DNA of 64,000 nt from Leucoraja ocellata (Eukaryota): positions 3,596,001 to 3,660,000 of the forward strand of contig JAWMAR010000202.1 in assembly GCA_036785375.1 (NCBI GenBank), given 5' to 3'. The notes beneath the pieces are model-generated. The model searched no databases, had not been told where the DNA came from, and saw only the letters and a list, made by a program, of their open reading frames with translations. Below are positions 11,928 through 24,487 of the stretch, piece after piece. Position numbers and translations under genes: made by a program. Every line of letters starts with the position of its first letter. The stretch's first letter is position 1.

Positions 11928-14900
11928 GAAGGAACTGCAGAATCTGGAGGCCAGCCTCTAAAATTCATATACTACTGATTTATTTAGATTCGTTAAACAT
12001 CTCCTGTCTAAAATTATAACTGAAATACTGCTCCCAATGGAAGACAAATATCACAAAGTTTTAAATATTTTCATATGGAGATTAATAGAAATGTTACCTC
12101 AAGCTTTTAAAAATGGTAATATTTAAACTTGGTCTCTTATTGTTTATTTACTTTAAAATGAAATGTGAAAGTTATTTGTCAGTGAAGTTACAACTTTAAC
12201 CCCCCCCCCAAATTTGTACAGCAACTCCATCAGATTGTGACAGTGTAATTTGGCACTGAAGCCCTTTTATCTAAGTGAATAACTTCCTCAAGGGGCATTC
12301 TCAAGATTGCATTAGAATGTGACATATTATTGACAATTAATGCAGGAACTTGGCCACAGCAGAGAACAAAATAGCAAAAACAGTAAAGTTGGGCAAATAC
12401 TTTAGTAATTCCTCGTATGTTGCAAAACATACTTGGTGAATAAAATCTGATTCTGATATTTTTCTGGTCCCTTTCACTTATTCCTTTTCCTTTGTTTTTC
12501 TAGAGATCAAAATGAAATGAAAAAGGAATGGATCCAATCCAAACTGACCTGTCAGCTTCAGCATGAAGACCATAAAACACAAGCCCTTTAAGGGTAAGCA
12601 TGACCATTAGAATATGTTGAAGCAACAATAGTCTGCAGCAAAAGATTCGAAGGGTACATTAACCTAAATCAATTTTCCCAGGGTTTACCTCTGTCTTCTG
12701 CAATTAAATATACATAGATAAAACTGGAAAAAGTCAAGTGAAATGGGAATATATTTAGATTTGCATTGGGAAATCCTGAAAACTCAGAATGTACAGAATT
12801 AAGTTCTGACACTCAACTGAAACCACAATCTCATGTAATCCAGGAATTGACTTTTGATACGAGGTCTGAGAGAACACTGACGAGTTCTTGGTCAAGAAAC
12901 ATGTGAGCACAGATTTCAAAACAGTTTAATGTTGATAATTTACACTTGCTATTAAATAAATGTTATCGTTTTTTGGCAATGGAGAGGAATATAAAGTGGA
13001 GAGGATGGAATAAAGGAATATAAACACAAGATGCACTGTGATTCATTAATGAGCATGTTACTGACCAGGAGCTACTGCTTTTCCAAAAACAGAATCATTT
13101 TCATATGCTTTAGCATGAATACATAGACAAGGTGGGACAATCTGACTTTATCCTCAGGCTAAAGGATCCCAACCTTAGATGGGGTATTCTGTTGGGCTGC
13201 TGGACAGTTAAAAATAATGTTAAATGATAGTGAAGACAAAGAAAAACAACCAGGAATAGTATTGCTTGGAAATAAAAGGCCACCCTTTGGCCCAGGGATT
13301 CCCTGCCATCACCAATTTAATGCAATATGGTTGCTGACTCCCCTGCAACAAAGTGCAAGGCAGCATCTCAAAGTAGCAATCGTAGATACTTGGCCAAGAA
13401 CTATGTAGATTCCCCTTCAAATAAGCGAGTTCGATATTACAACTCCGCATGCCCAGGTCATGGGTCATTCAGGATAAACACTCTCACCAGCTGAGCTACT
13501 GTATGTGTAAGGACCTGCGTATTCATTTCAATGAAATTTATAAATAAATGTATCCATCAAAAATGTCAGCAGTAGGCGACAGAGTACTACAAGCTGCACA
13601 AATACACAATTGTATCTATTTAAATTATTGACTCAATACAGCACCAGTCTCGAAAATGCTAGAATGCCTGGAACGAACATGTCAATTATCAAATCCCTGG
13701 CATTAGCCTTAGTCACAGCCATTCAAATTCAATATTAATTTACACAAATTACAAGTTGTCTGGTCAACCAATTTGAGACAGTCCTTACATTCCTATCTAA
13801 ACAACCTTCCTGGATTGAAGGAAACGAGAAGAATGTGCTGGAAAGTTCAGACTAGATTCGAACAAGCTGGTTAAACTTTCGAGGTGGGTTGGCTTAAATA
13901 AAGATGCTGTCGCTTTAACCTCTGGGGTTGGTTCCAGTCTGTCAGGCCACAGTTGGGAGCAAGGTCCAAATGACCGGGCAGTGATAATTATGAGAATTTG
14001 CAGCCTTTTGAACCGCAGCCAAACTAGAGGCTTCACTCAGGAGTGGGTCGCAGCTCCCCAGCTGACGAGACCTGTTCTCGCTCTCTTTGAAGGAGGCGCT
14101 GCCGCCCCTGCAAGTGTTCAAACGTGGAGCCAACCCATAACATGAGTGGGAGCATTTTCTCAGTCAGACTTTGTCGACAGCTGGGGTGGGTGATATTGGA
14201 GAGAGCTGGCGATGCCGCACAGACGGAACAATTTAATAATGACCCATTAAAATCCGCCCTTCGGTCACTCGGCAACCTGATCTGATCTGACAGCCCTCTC
14301 ACTAGCTCGCTGCGTGCCCGATCCTAACGCAGAACCTCCACAAAATCTTCGGGGAACCCCTGCACAAAGAGCCTCTGATAACAATGACTGGTGAACAGTG
14401 CTGGTCAACGTGCGTGATGGCTGGGGGAAACACTCTGCAACCTTGAAACAGCACAGACCTTCCACTCAATCTATCCAATACTAAACAGCAGTCATTTCGC
14501 AGCCAAATGTCTTGTATCGGATTGTCGGCTCCTTCACAGGGCCAACCCTGTACTCAGTTTTCCTCAGAGATTAATCTTTGCCTTAATGGTACATTCACAC
14601 CGCCTATAGGTATAGCATCAGCCCACATCACACTTACATAGTCGCTGCCTGCCTAAGATTAAATATCTTTATTCATAATTTGTGTGTAAAAATATATGAA
14701 AATGTTTCAAACAAGTAATATTTTCTTATTCCAGTAGCAAACACATTAAGGATTAAATGAAAATAATAAATTCTTTAACTTTTTGAATATCTCATAATTG
14801 CAGATTAATTAACTGAACTCGAGTTAGGACTGTGTAAGTAGTGTGTGAGCAGCAGAACAAGAAAGGAAGCTATTGAGTTGACAGAATTCTAAATTAATTC

Positions 14901-15929
14901 CTTGGTAGAATAGTTAACAATTTATACACAGTTTATACAGCGCAGCATTCGCTTTTTTTCCCCCCGAATGACCTTCGACAAATCCCATGATTCTTTGCGT
15001 TTATCGAGATACCGAACTAGTTTATTGGAGGAGATACACGGCAGAATGGTTTTTCCTGGAATAAACACAACCTCTGGCTTTTCTCCCCACTAAAATTTCC
15101 CCATTTACTCCACAAAATTGTATAAGCACAGCAACTTCATCTATTGTGCATCAAGAAATTGGATCAAACATAAATATCTTGAAAATATTTATTCCTCACT
15201 GTAAACATCTATGCAAGTGCTCTTCAGATTAATATTCAGCTGGGTCAACCCCTCCCCTATTAAAAAGGGAAGAACGAATCTATTTGAAAGTCACATTTTC
15301 AGGAAATAGCAACATATAGAATACCTCAGAGCTTTTTACAATTGACTGGCATAATTTCGACAAATTATCCTTTTTATATATCCTAATTGGACCTACTGAG
15401 TTCACAGTATAGATCCATCCCTGGGCATGGACGTCCAACCTACGGAATGTGAATGAACGTTTAAGAGACCAGCAGGAAGGATTTGCTGGCTGCTGCAGGC
15501 ATCTTCAGAAACAGGGCATTTCCCAGTGCTTTCTCTCCTCACCACCATCACCCCATCTTGTCAATGATCCATGACATTGGGAGGTGGGGGTATTGAGGCA
15601 AGCAGACTCACTCGCTCAGAGTAGCATGCCTGGCTGGAAGTCATTCTTCCCGTGCTTGTTTGCTCCCCCCTCACAGCCATTACTGTGATCCGCTCCCATA
15701 CACTATTTTTGTTTATTTCTGACATGAGCAGCACTCGGGAACGGAACACTGTCATAGCCCAGAGACTGCCTGTAGCAGAGAAGTGGAAATGTTTCTCAAT
15801 TATGTTACTACCAATCAATTACTGTTGTCACATTCAACAAACAAAGCAAAATTACAGTGATAAATCTTGGTCACTGAACTGTAAAGATAAAGCAGGCTTC
15901 AACACACATAATTAAATTATCCTCGTTAC

Positions 15930-16031
15930 CTTCCACCTCATGAAGACAAAATCACTGATCTTTAGCTCTTCATAGTCAAACTCATCAGAGTTAAAAGTTT
16001 TTGCATATTGGTAAAATGCCAAGAATTTCCC
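15930..16031 (-). CDS. GID4: GID4 coding exon 4: [34 protein letters not shown]
   Basis: 102 nt, acceptor ttttccag, donor GTAACG, phase 0/0; FMRWK motif. Confidence 0.97.
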
Positions 16032-16842
16032 CTGGAAAACAAAAAAAAACACAAAAATGCAAAACTACAGGAAAAAACTAAATTACTGAAACAATAGCAC
16101 TCTAATCTATAGCACCCCAGGAAACAAATGGAAGTGAAAGTGCACGATATTCGGAAACTATCCAAAAAGTTTAGGATTGAGAATGAAAGGGCCTAATGTA
16201 AATTCAGTATGAAAAAAACTATTACAAAATAATTTTAATGGGTTCTGTTCTCTATTCCACCACATTAAAAAATAATCAGTCAAACATTTACTTCCGAAGA
16301 TCTAATTACTGAACTATGCCCATATGGTTAATTCCTGGACTTTATGAAACCAATCCTTGAGAAACCCGACAGCTGAAGAAGGGATAAGAGGGTATCAGGG
16401 AGAGGACACGCTTTTATAGCTTTGCTTGTGGACCACAAAGTTCCAGTTTCTCCACATGCTGTGCACTTTTATCTCCACAGCGTGTATCTGTCATACACTG
16501 GTTCTTTACAATCCGAACTTCCAGGAGTAGAGCACTTCCAGAAGCGTTCCTCAGTACTGCCAAACTTCCTAGCTCAGCAACCTTACCCAAGCAAATAAAC
16601 AACCAGGATTTGACCTTCTTATTCCTAGACCTTTTCTTAAATCCTCACAGTGTGAATGGGAGCTCAGATTGTCTTCTGGGTTGATAATCAGGACATAAAA
16701 GATGACACTGTGGAGATAAACTGTGCAGAATGTGGGGAAATTTCTGTACTGAAACTTTATTTTCCCCTCTGATATTGCTCTACATCTTTCTCTTGACTTG
16801 AATATCCTGACAACTATTATCCAAAAATGGAGTAAAACTTAC

Positions 16843-16950
16843 CCAATGTTTTCGATCTACATCTTCATCTGCATCCCATTTTCTTGTTAAAAATGGATGT
16901 TTTTTACTGATAATTTCTCCTTCAAAAAAAGTGGTAAGAGTGGGATATTC
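16843..16950 (-). CDS. GID4: GID4 coding exon 3: [36 protein letters not shown]
   Basis: 108 nt, acceptor ctttcag, donor GTAAGT. Confidence 0.97.
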
Positions 16951-17998
16951 CTGAAAGGTATAAAAATGAACAAAATCTAAATCAACACCATTTTATTATG
17001 ATGCCTCCGTATAATATTCTGCCCTCTATTATTGGACATCAAAAGTAATTATTTTACGTGACTGTTAGATGAACAACACTGATATAATCTAACAGAATGG
17101 TTCAATCAGGTACAGGTACCAACAGTTGAGAAAAGAATAAAACGTATAAAACTCTTCACGATCTAAAATGTTACATACAAAATAAATACAAGCGGTTAAA
17201 TTTCATAGTCCCTCACTCATTGCAAAAAGATTTGAATGTGAGGTCCTTGTTTAAGGGTCAAGTACTTGTCACCTATACTTAATTGCCTATACATAATTGT
17301 CTCTGAGATGTTGGCGATAAGCCACAATTATAAATCATTGCTGTCCTTCAGACGATGATATTCCTTCAATGCTCCCAACCCATTCTGCGCGACCAAAATC
17401 CTCTAATCTCTAAAGAGTTCTTACAAGGCTACCTTCCTCGTAGGAGCTGCAATGGCTTAAGGCAACCTGGATTGCAAAATAAATGCTGGCCTTGCTAGTT
17501 AACCACAAAATCTTCTAGGCATCAACAAGCAACCATTAAACAACCATATTTAAGGATCATAACCATAATGAATAGTATACAGGAAATACTGCAAGTTGCA
17601 TGTTACAGCATCCCAAACATGACCAGGACTCAAACAGTGATTCAAGGAAAACCAATATTACATTCTTAAAGGAATTTAATTGTCATCCTTGCTGATATGT
17701 ATATTTTTTAATACATCAGTTGCTGGAGTCTTGGGTTACTCGGATGACCTCAGCCCTAACACTTCAGCTTTGATATCCACCCTATAGAATTTTGGAAGTT
17801 AATTTGATCTCACAAGGATTAACTAGTAAGCCAAGAATAGCTTTTTTCTTTCTAATTCAACAGAAGCAGAAAATGGCAGTATTGTGTTCATAGATGTTCC
17901 CAAGATTTCTGTTCTGAAACCACTGACATTTCTTAATGAAATGGGTACGGCATGGGTATTTTACTCCTTTATGATTCAGACTGCAGAACAAATAGTGG

Positions 17999-18218
17999 AG
18001 ATAGACACAAAAAGCTAGAGTAACTCCACAGGCTGGAGAAAATAAATAGGTGACATTTCAGGTTGAGGCCCTTCTTTAGACTGCTCAGTCTGAAGAAGGG
18101 GCTCGACCCGAACAGTCACCTTCTCCTTTTCACCAGAGAAGCTGTCTGACCCGCTGAGTTACTCCAACTTTTTGTGTCCATCTTCGGTTTAAACCAGCAT
18201 CTGCAGTACCTTCCCACA
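17999..18218. mobile_element. Fold-back mini-element with a 15-bp TSD and decayed hammerhead cores
   Basis: Flanked by CAGAACAAA(T/A)AGTGG at 17984-17998 and 18219-18233; inverted arms around cagtctgaagaagg. Confidence 0.8.
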
Positions 18219-20132
18219 CAGAACAAAAAGTGGCTTTATCTCCAAGAATTCCACTTTCACAATGTTATTGAAGAGTAATTTTTGATGGATGAAGTTATCA
18301 TTGCAAAGAGTCCTCCTCTGACATTTAGTGAGTCCCAGGGCATTTACAATTAGTAACTAAAAAAGGAGAAAATATTGGAGCTACTCGCAGGTCAGGTAGC
18401 ATCCTTGAGGAAAAAAGGTCTAGATATCAAATTGATGAACTTCCAGCATATGAAGGATCATCAACTTGAAATATTAAATCTATTTCTATCTTCGGAGATG
18501 CTGCCTCACCCGTTGAGATTCTCCAGCATTTTTGTCTACCTTCGATTTTTCCAGGATCTGCAGTTCTTTCTTAAACAGGCTGACTATTTCAAGCATCTGC
18601 AGTCATGAAACCAGTCAAAGACAGAATTGTTCAAATAAAACATGGACAAAATAGAAAATAAGCCTAAGACAAGGAAATGCAAAGCCAAAAGTTCTTGGTG
18701 GGATGAAGTTAAAAACTAATATCAACAATTCAAGAAAATTATTAATACTGCTGTAGAAAGTAGGTGAAAAAAAGTGTTAAAATCGAACAGAAATGAAAAA
18801 ACAAAATGTAACGGAAATAATGCTCTCATAAGTGTGCACAATAGAATAATTAAATGAAGCAGATGACAGGATCACTCCAGAATAAGAGGGGAATCTAACC
18901 ATGCTGTTGCACAGTGACTAGAATAATTCTTACCTGAAGTGCAATGACTGTGGAAAAGAGAGAGTGAGTGGGATGGAACTTCATGCTGGTGTAGTAGGAA
19001 GTGATCTTTTAAAATTATGGCTTTAGACATATGTCACTGTGGAGGAATAAAGGGAGTTGTACACGGCAATTGGCCACACCATCACAACAAAGCTTAGCAC
19101 TGACAAAGAATGCTAAGAATTAAATGCTTTATCCCAAAAGCTCCCTTTATACAAAATTCTGTGTTTACAAAGAGATTCAGTTTTTTGAAGAATGACACAA
19201 AAAGCTGGAGTAAATCAGCATGACAGGCAACATCTCTGGAGAGAAGGAATGGGTGACATTTTGGGTAGAGACCGTACACCTCAGAGTTCTGTGAAACTGT
19301 TTAAACGTCAAGAAACTTTTGTCAAATAGGTAATTGCCTATACCAGGAAGACCAAATCAGCCACAAGTTCCATTCCTGAATGCTATCCATTAAATCTCAC
19401 TGGAGCCAAATGTAAACCTCAAGTGAAGAAGAAGGCCCCATTATGCTTCACTCCAGTTATATTGGCTATTCTGCAACAATAAAGAAATTCTCTATATCTA
19501 GAATCATACCATAACAAATGTCTGCAGCTTAAGGAAGGATAGAAAGTAGTGCAATTATTGAATTTTCAAGAAGGAATGTACTATTTCTCACATTGCTCAT
19601 GATCACATTTTCCCATGACAACACAGAGGACCCCAGAGCTATTCAAGTCCCTAAATTTCTTACCCAATTTTCTTCTGCTATAGTTCCATTTCAAAACGAA
19701 CCTGGCCCCGAATAAGGACTTCCTATTGACCCTAATTTCCCCCACCCCAAGTCGCAGCCTATTATTCCCCATCTTCCATTTGCCAAAGAACATATAAGAA
19801 CATCCAAATATGTCCCTTGATTGATGGATTTACTGCCTGGGAGCTGATCAACCTGTCTATATGGGCAAGTACTGGGTAGGATAGGAAGCTATTTTAAAAG
19901 GACCTCACAAAAATTACACACAAGATGGTTCTTGCTTAGGCAGATGTATTCATGGTCTAATTTTCAAAACCGCAGTGAGAATTAGAACCTCATATTAACA
20001 ATCAGTAGTATTAATTTAGACAGCTACAAACACAGCTTTGCTCTGGATTTCAATTTGTTTTTGTCACTTGAACATCATCCAAAATGAATATAATTCATTA
20101 TTATCCATCAGCTAAGAACCTCTTTTACTTAC

Positions 20133-20192
20133 CTCTGTGAGCCCTTTGATCTTTAGGTATCCACAGAGAAAAGAGTTTTCGACGTCAACGTG
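20133..20192 (-). CDS. GID4: GID4 coding exon 2: HVDVENSFLCGYLKIKGLTE
   Basis: 60 nt, acceptor tttctgtag, donor GTAAGT. Confidence 0.97.
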
Positions 20193-20649
20193 CTACAGAA
20201 ATAAATAAAATGTGTTATTACTTTGTATACAATTACCAAATGTAATTAGAGGTAAACAAAATATTCAGATGGCTCAAGAGATCAGAATAAATTTATTTCC
20301 ACATAAAAAGCAAAAATATTCCAGACATATGCATAACAAAGGGGTTGCAAGAGAAGAGGGGGGCCAAAATAAACCAAAATAAATTTTCTTATGGAGACAC
20401 AAGACATGCTTTGTACTTCACATCAATATTCACCAAGGAAATGCAAAACTCCTGTCAAGGAAGATGCAACTGAAAATGAATAAAAAGAGGTACTACATGG
20501 GCTAGCTGTATTTAAAAAGGACCCATCACCTAGTTGAGATAGGATGCATTCTTGGCTCATGTTGGAATGGAAGGAACAATACAGACTATGGCTACAACCT
20601 TCCAAAAATATAGATTCAAGGGTAGCACCCAAAAACTGGAAAATTGTAT

Positions 20650-21140
20650 GTGAACCTCCGCCTCCAATGGAATCTCACCACTAGCCACATCTTCCAATCT
20701 CCACCCCTTTCCACGAGACTATTCCCACCACAACTCCCTGGTTAACTGACCCCTTCCCACCCAAACCAACCCGTCCCAGGTACTTTCCCCTGCAACCGTA
20801 GGAAATGCAACACCTGTCCCTAAACCTCCTCCCTCGACTCAGTCCTAGGACCCCAACAATCTTTTTGGGGCAAAGGTTCACTTGCACTTCCTCCAACCTC
20901 ATTTACCATATCCGCTGTTCCAGGTGTGGGCTCCTTTACATCGGTGAGATGAAGTGCAGGCTCAGCGATAGTTTCGCTGAACACCTCCGCTCAGTCTGTC
21001 TAAACTCACCTGATCTTCCAGTTGCTAAACACTAACTCCCCCTCCCATGTTGACTTTTCTGTCCTGAGCCTCCTCCACTGTCAGACGGAGGCCAGCACAT
21101 ATTGGAGGAACAGCACCTCATATTTCATTTGGGCAGCTTA
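20650..21140 (+). mobile_element. Penelope-like element GIY-YIG endonuclease fragment
   Basis: QRFTCTSSNLIYHIRCSRCGLLYIGE..RL...FAEH is the PLE GIY-YIG domain. Confidence 0.85.
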
Positions 21141-21429
21141 GACCCCGGGAGAGAGGGAGAGTCGGCCCCGAGAGATAGAGAGAGGGGAAAATGGGAGATA
21201 TATTCCATCCGCCAACTCAAAGTGGGGGGGATATATTATCCCCCAGTTTTTGGAGGTCGAGTAACAACAAAAAACTCTCTCTCTCTCGTATCACGACTGC
21301 GCTGTCATTGGCCATTGAGCCGCGCTGTGAACCGCGCTGTCATTGGCCATTGAGCGGAGGGGAGAAACATACAAAATAGGTGCAGGAGTAGGCCATTCGG
21401 CCCTTCGAGCCTGCACCGCCATTCAATAT

Positions 21430-24400
21430 GATCATGGCTGATCATCCAACTCGGTATCCTGTTCCTGCCTTCTCTCCATACCCCCTGATCCCTTTAGCCA
21501 CAAGGGCCACATCTAACTCCCTCTTAAATATAGCCAATTAACTGGCCTCAACTACCTTCTGCGGCAGAGAATTCCAGAGATTCACCACTCTCTGTGTGAA
21601 AAAAAGTTTTCCTCATCTCGGTCCTAAAAGATTTCCCCCTTATCCTTAAACTATGACCCCTTGTTCTGGACTTCCCCAACATCGGGAACAATCTTCCTGC
21701 ATCTAGCCTGTCCAACCCCTTAAGAATTTTGTAAGTTTCTATAAGATCCCCCCTCAATCTTCTAAATTCTAGCGAGTACAAACCGAGTCTATCCAGTCTT
21801 TCTTCATATGAAAGTCCTGACATCCCAGGAATCAGTCTGGTGAACCTTCTCTGTACTCCCTCTATGGCAAGAATGTCTTTCCTCAGATTAGGAGACCAAA
21901 ACTGTACGCAATACTCCAGGTGTGGTCTCACCAAGACCCTGTACAACTGCAGTAGAACCTCCCTGCTCCTATACTCAAATCCTTTTGCTATGAATGCTAA
22001 CATACCATTCGCCTTCTTCACTGCCTGCTGCACCTGCATGCCTACTTTTAATGACTGGTGTACCATGACACCCAGGTCTCGTTGCATCTCCCCCTTTCCT
22101 AATCGGCCACCATTCAGATAATAATCTACTTTCCTGTTTTTGCCACCAAAGTGGATAACCTCACATTTATCCACATTATACTGCATCTGCCATGCATTTG
22201 CCCACTCACCCAGCCTATCCAAGTCATCTTGCAGCCTCCTAGCATCCTCCTCACAGCTAACACTGCCCCCCAGCTTCGTGTCATCCGCAAACTTGGAGAT
22301 GTTGCATTCAATTCCCTCGTCCAAATCATTAATATATATCGTAAATAGCTGGGGTCCCAGAACTGAGCCTTGCAGTACCCCACTAGTCACTGCCTGCCAT
22401 TGTGAAAAGGACCCATTCACTCCTACTCTTTGCTTCCTGTCTGCCAACCAGTTCTCTATCCACATCAATACTGAACCCCCAATACCGTGTGCTTTAAGTT
22501 TGTATACTAATCTCTTATGTGGGACCTTGTCGAAAGCCTTCTGAAAGTCCAGATATAACACATCCACTGGTTCTCCCTTATCCACTCTACTAGTTACATC
22601 CTCGAAAAATTCTATAAGATTCGTCAGACATGATTTACCTTTCATAAATCCATGTTGACTTTGTCCAATGATTTCACCACTTGCCAAATGTGCTGCTATC
22701 CCATCTTTAATAACTGATTCTAGCAGTTTCCCCACTACCGACGTTAGACTAACTGGTCTGTAATTCCCTGTTCTCTCTCCCTCCCTTTTTAAAAAGTGGT
22801 GTTACATTAGCTACCCTCCAATCCTCAGGAACTACTCCAGAATCTAAAGTGTTTTGAAAAATTATCACTAATGCATCCACTATTTCCGGGGCTACTTCCA
22901 TAAGTACTCTGGGATGCAGCCTATCTGGCCCTGGGGATTTATCGGCCTTTAATCCATTCAATTTACCTAACACCACTTCCCGGCTAACCTGGATTTCACT
23001 CAGTTCCCCCATCTCATTTGACCCCCGGTCCCCTGCTATTTCCGGCAGATTATTTATGCCTTCCTTAGTGAAGACAGAACCAAAGTAGTTATTCAATTGG
23101 TCTGCCATGTCCTTGTTCTCCATGATCAATTCACCCGTTTCTGACTGCAAGGGACCTACATTTGTTTTAACTAATCTTTTTCTCTTCACATATCTATAAA
23201 AGCTTTTGCAGTCAGTTTTTATGTTCCCTGCCAGTTTTCTTTCATAATCTATTTTCCCTTTCCTAATTAAGCCCTTTGTCCTCCTCTGCTGGTCTCTGAA
23301 TTTCTCCCAGTCCTCTGGTAGGCAGCTTTTTCTGGCTAATTTGTACGCTTCATCTTTTGTTTTGATACTATCCCTGATTTCCCTTGTTATCCACGGATGC
23401 ACTACCTTCCTTGATTTATTTTTTTGCCAAACTGGGATGAACAATTGTTGTAGTTCATCCATGCAGTCTTTAAATGCCTTCCATTGCATATCCACCGTCA
23501 ACCCATTAAGAATCAATCGCCAGTCTATCTTGGCCAATTCACGTCTCATACCCTCAAAGTTACCTTTCTTTAAGTTCAGGACCCTTGTTTCTGAATTAAC
23601 GATGTAACTCTCCATCCTAATGAAGAACTCAACCATATTATGGTCACTCTTGCCCAAGGGGCCTCGCACAACAAGACTGCTAAGTAACCCTTCCTCATTA
23701 CTCGATACCCAGTCTAGAATAGCCTGCTCTCTCGTTGGTTCCTCTACATGTTGGTTTAGAAAACTATCCCGCATACATTCCAAGAAATCCTCTTCCTCAG
23801 CACCTTTGCCAATTTGATTCACCCAATCTATATGTAGATTGAAGTCACCCATTATAACAGTTTTACCTTTGTTGCACGCATTTCTAATTTCCTGTTTGAT
23901 GCCATCCCCAACTCCACTACTACTGTTAGGTGGCCTATACACAACTCCCACTAGCGTTTTCTGCCCCTTAGTGTTTCGCAGCTCTACCCATATCGATTCC
24001 ACATCCTCAAAGCTAATGTCCTTCCTCTCTATTGCGTTAATCTGCTCTCTAACCAGCAACGCTACCCCACCTCCTTTCCCTTTCTGTCTATCCCTCCTGA
24101 ATATTGAATATCCCTGGATGTTCAGCTCCCAGCCTTGGTCACCCTGGAGCCATGTTTCCGTGATCCCAACTATATCATAGTCATTAATAGCTATCTGCAC
24201 ATTCAACTCATCCACCTTATTACGAATGCTCCTTGCATTGCGACACAAAGCCTTCAGGCTTGTTTTTACAACACTCTTACCCCTTATACTATTATGCTGA
24301 AAAGTGGCCCTTTTTGATTTTTGCCCTGGATTTGCCGGCCTGCCACTTTTACTTTTCACCTTGCTACCTATTGCTTCTACCCTCATTCCACACCCCTCTG

Positions 24401-24487
24401 TCTCTACGCTCACACATTTAAGAAACCCTTTCTCTTTAACTCCATCCTCCACTATCCCATTCGACACCCCACCCCCCTTATTCAGTT
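21430..24487 (-). pseudogene. CR1 ORF2 (APE endonuclease + reverse transcriptase) with three lesions
   Basis: ORFs 22749-24542 and 21548-22735; frameshifts near 22770 and 21600; TCA>TAA at ~21539 relative to the copy at ~43120. Confidence 0.9.

Noticed and set aside
11133-11968. Overlapping 90-205 aa ORFs
   Set aside because: Stop-poor GC-rich repeat, open in several frames on both strands, with no domain motifs
12689-12697. 9-nt microexon-like ttgcag|AAGACAGAG|gtaaac in GID4 intron 4
   Set aside because: Weak pyrimidine tract and donor; expected by chance in a 9-kb intron
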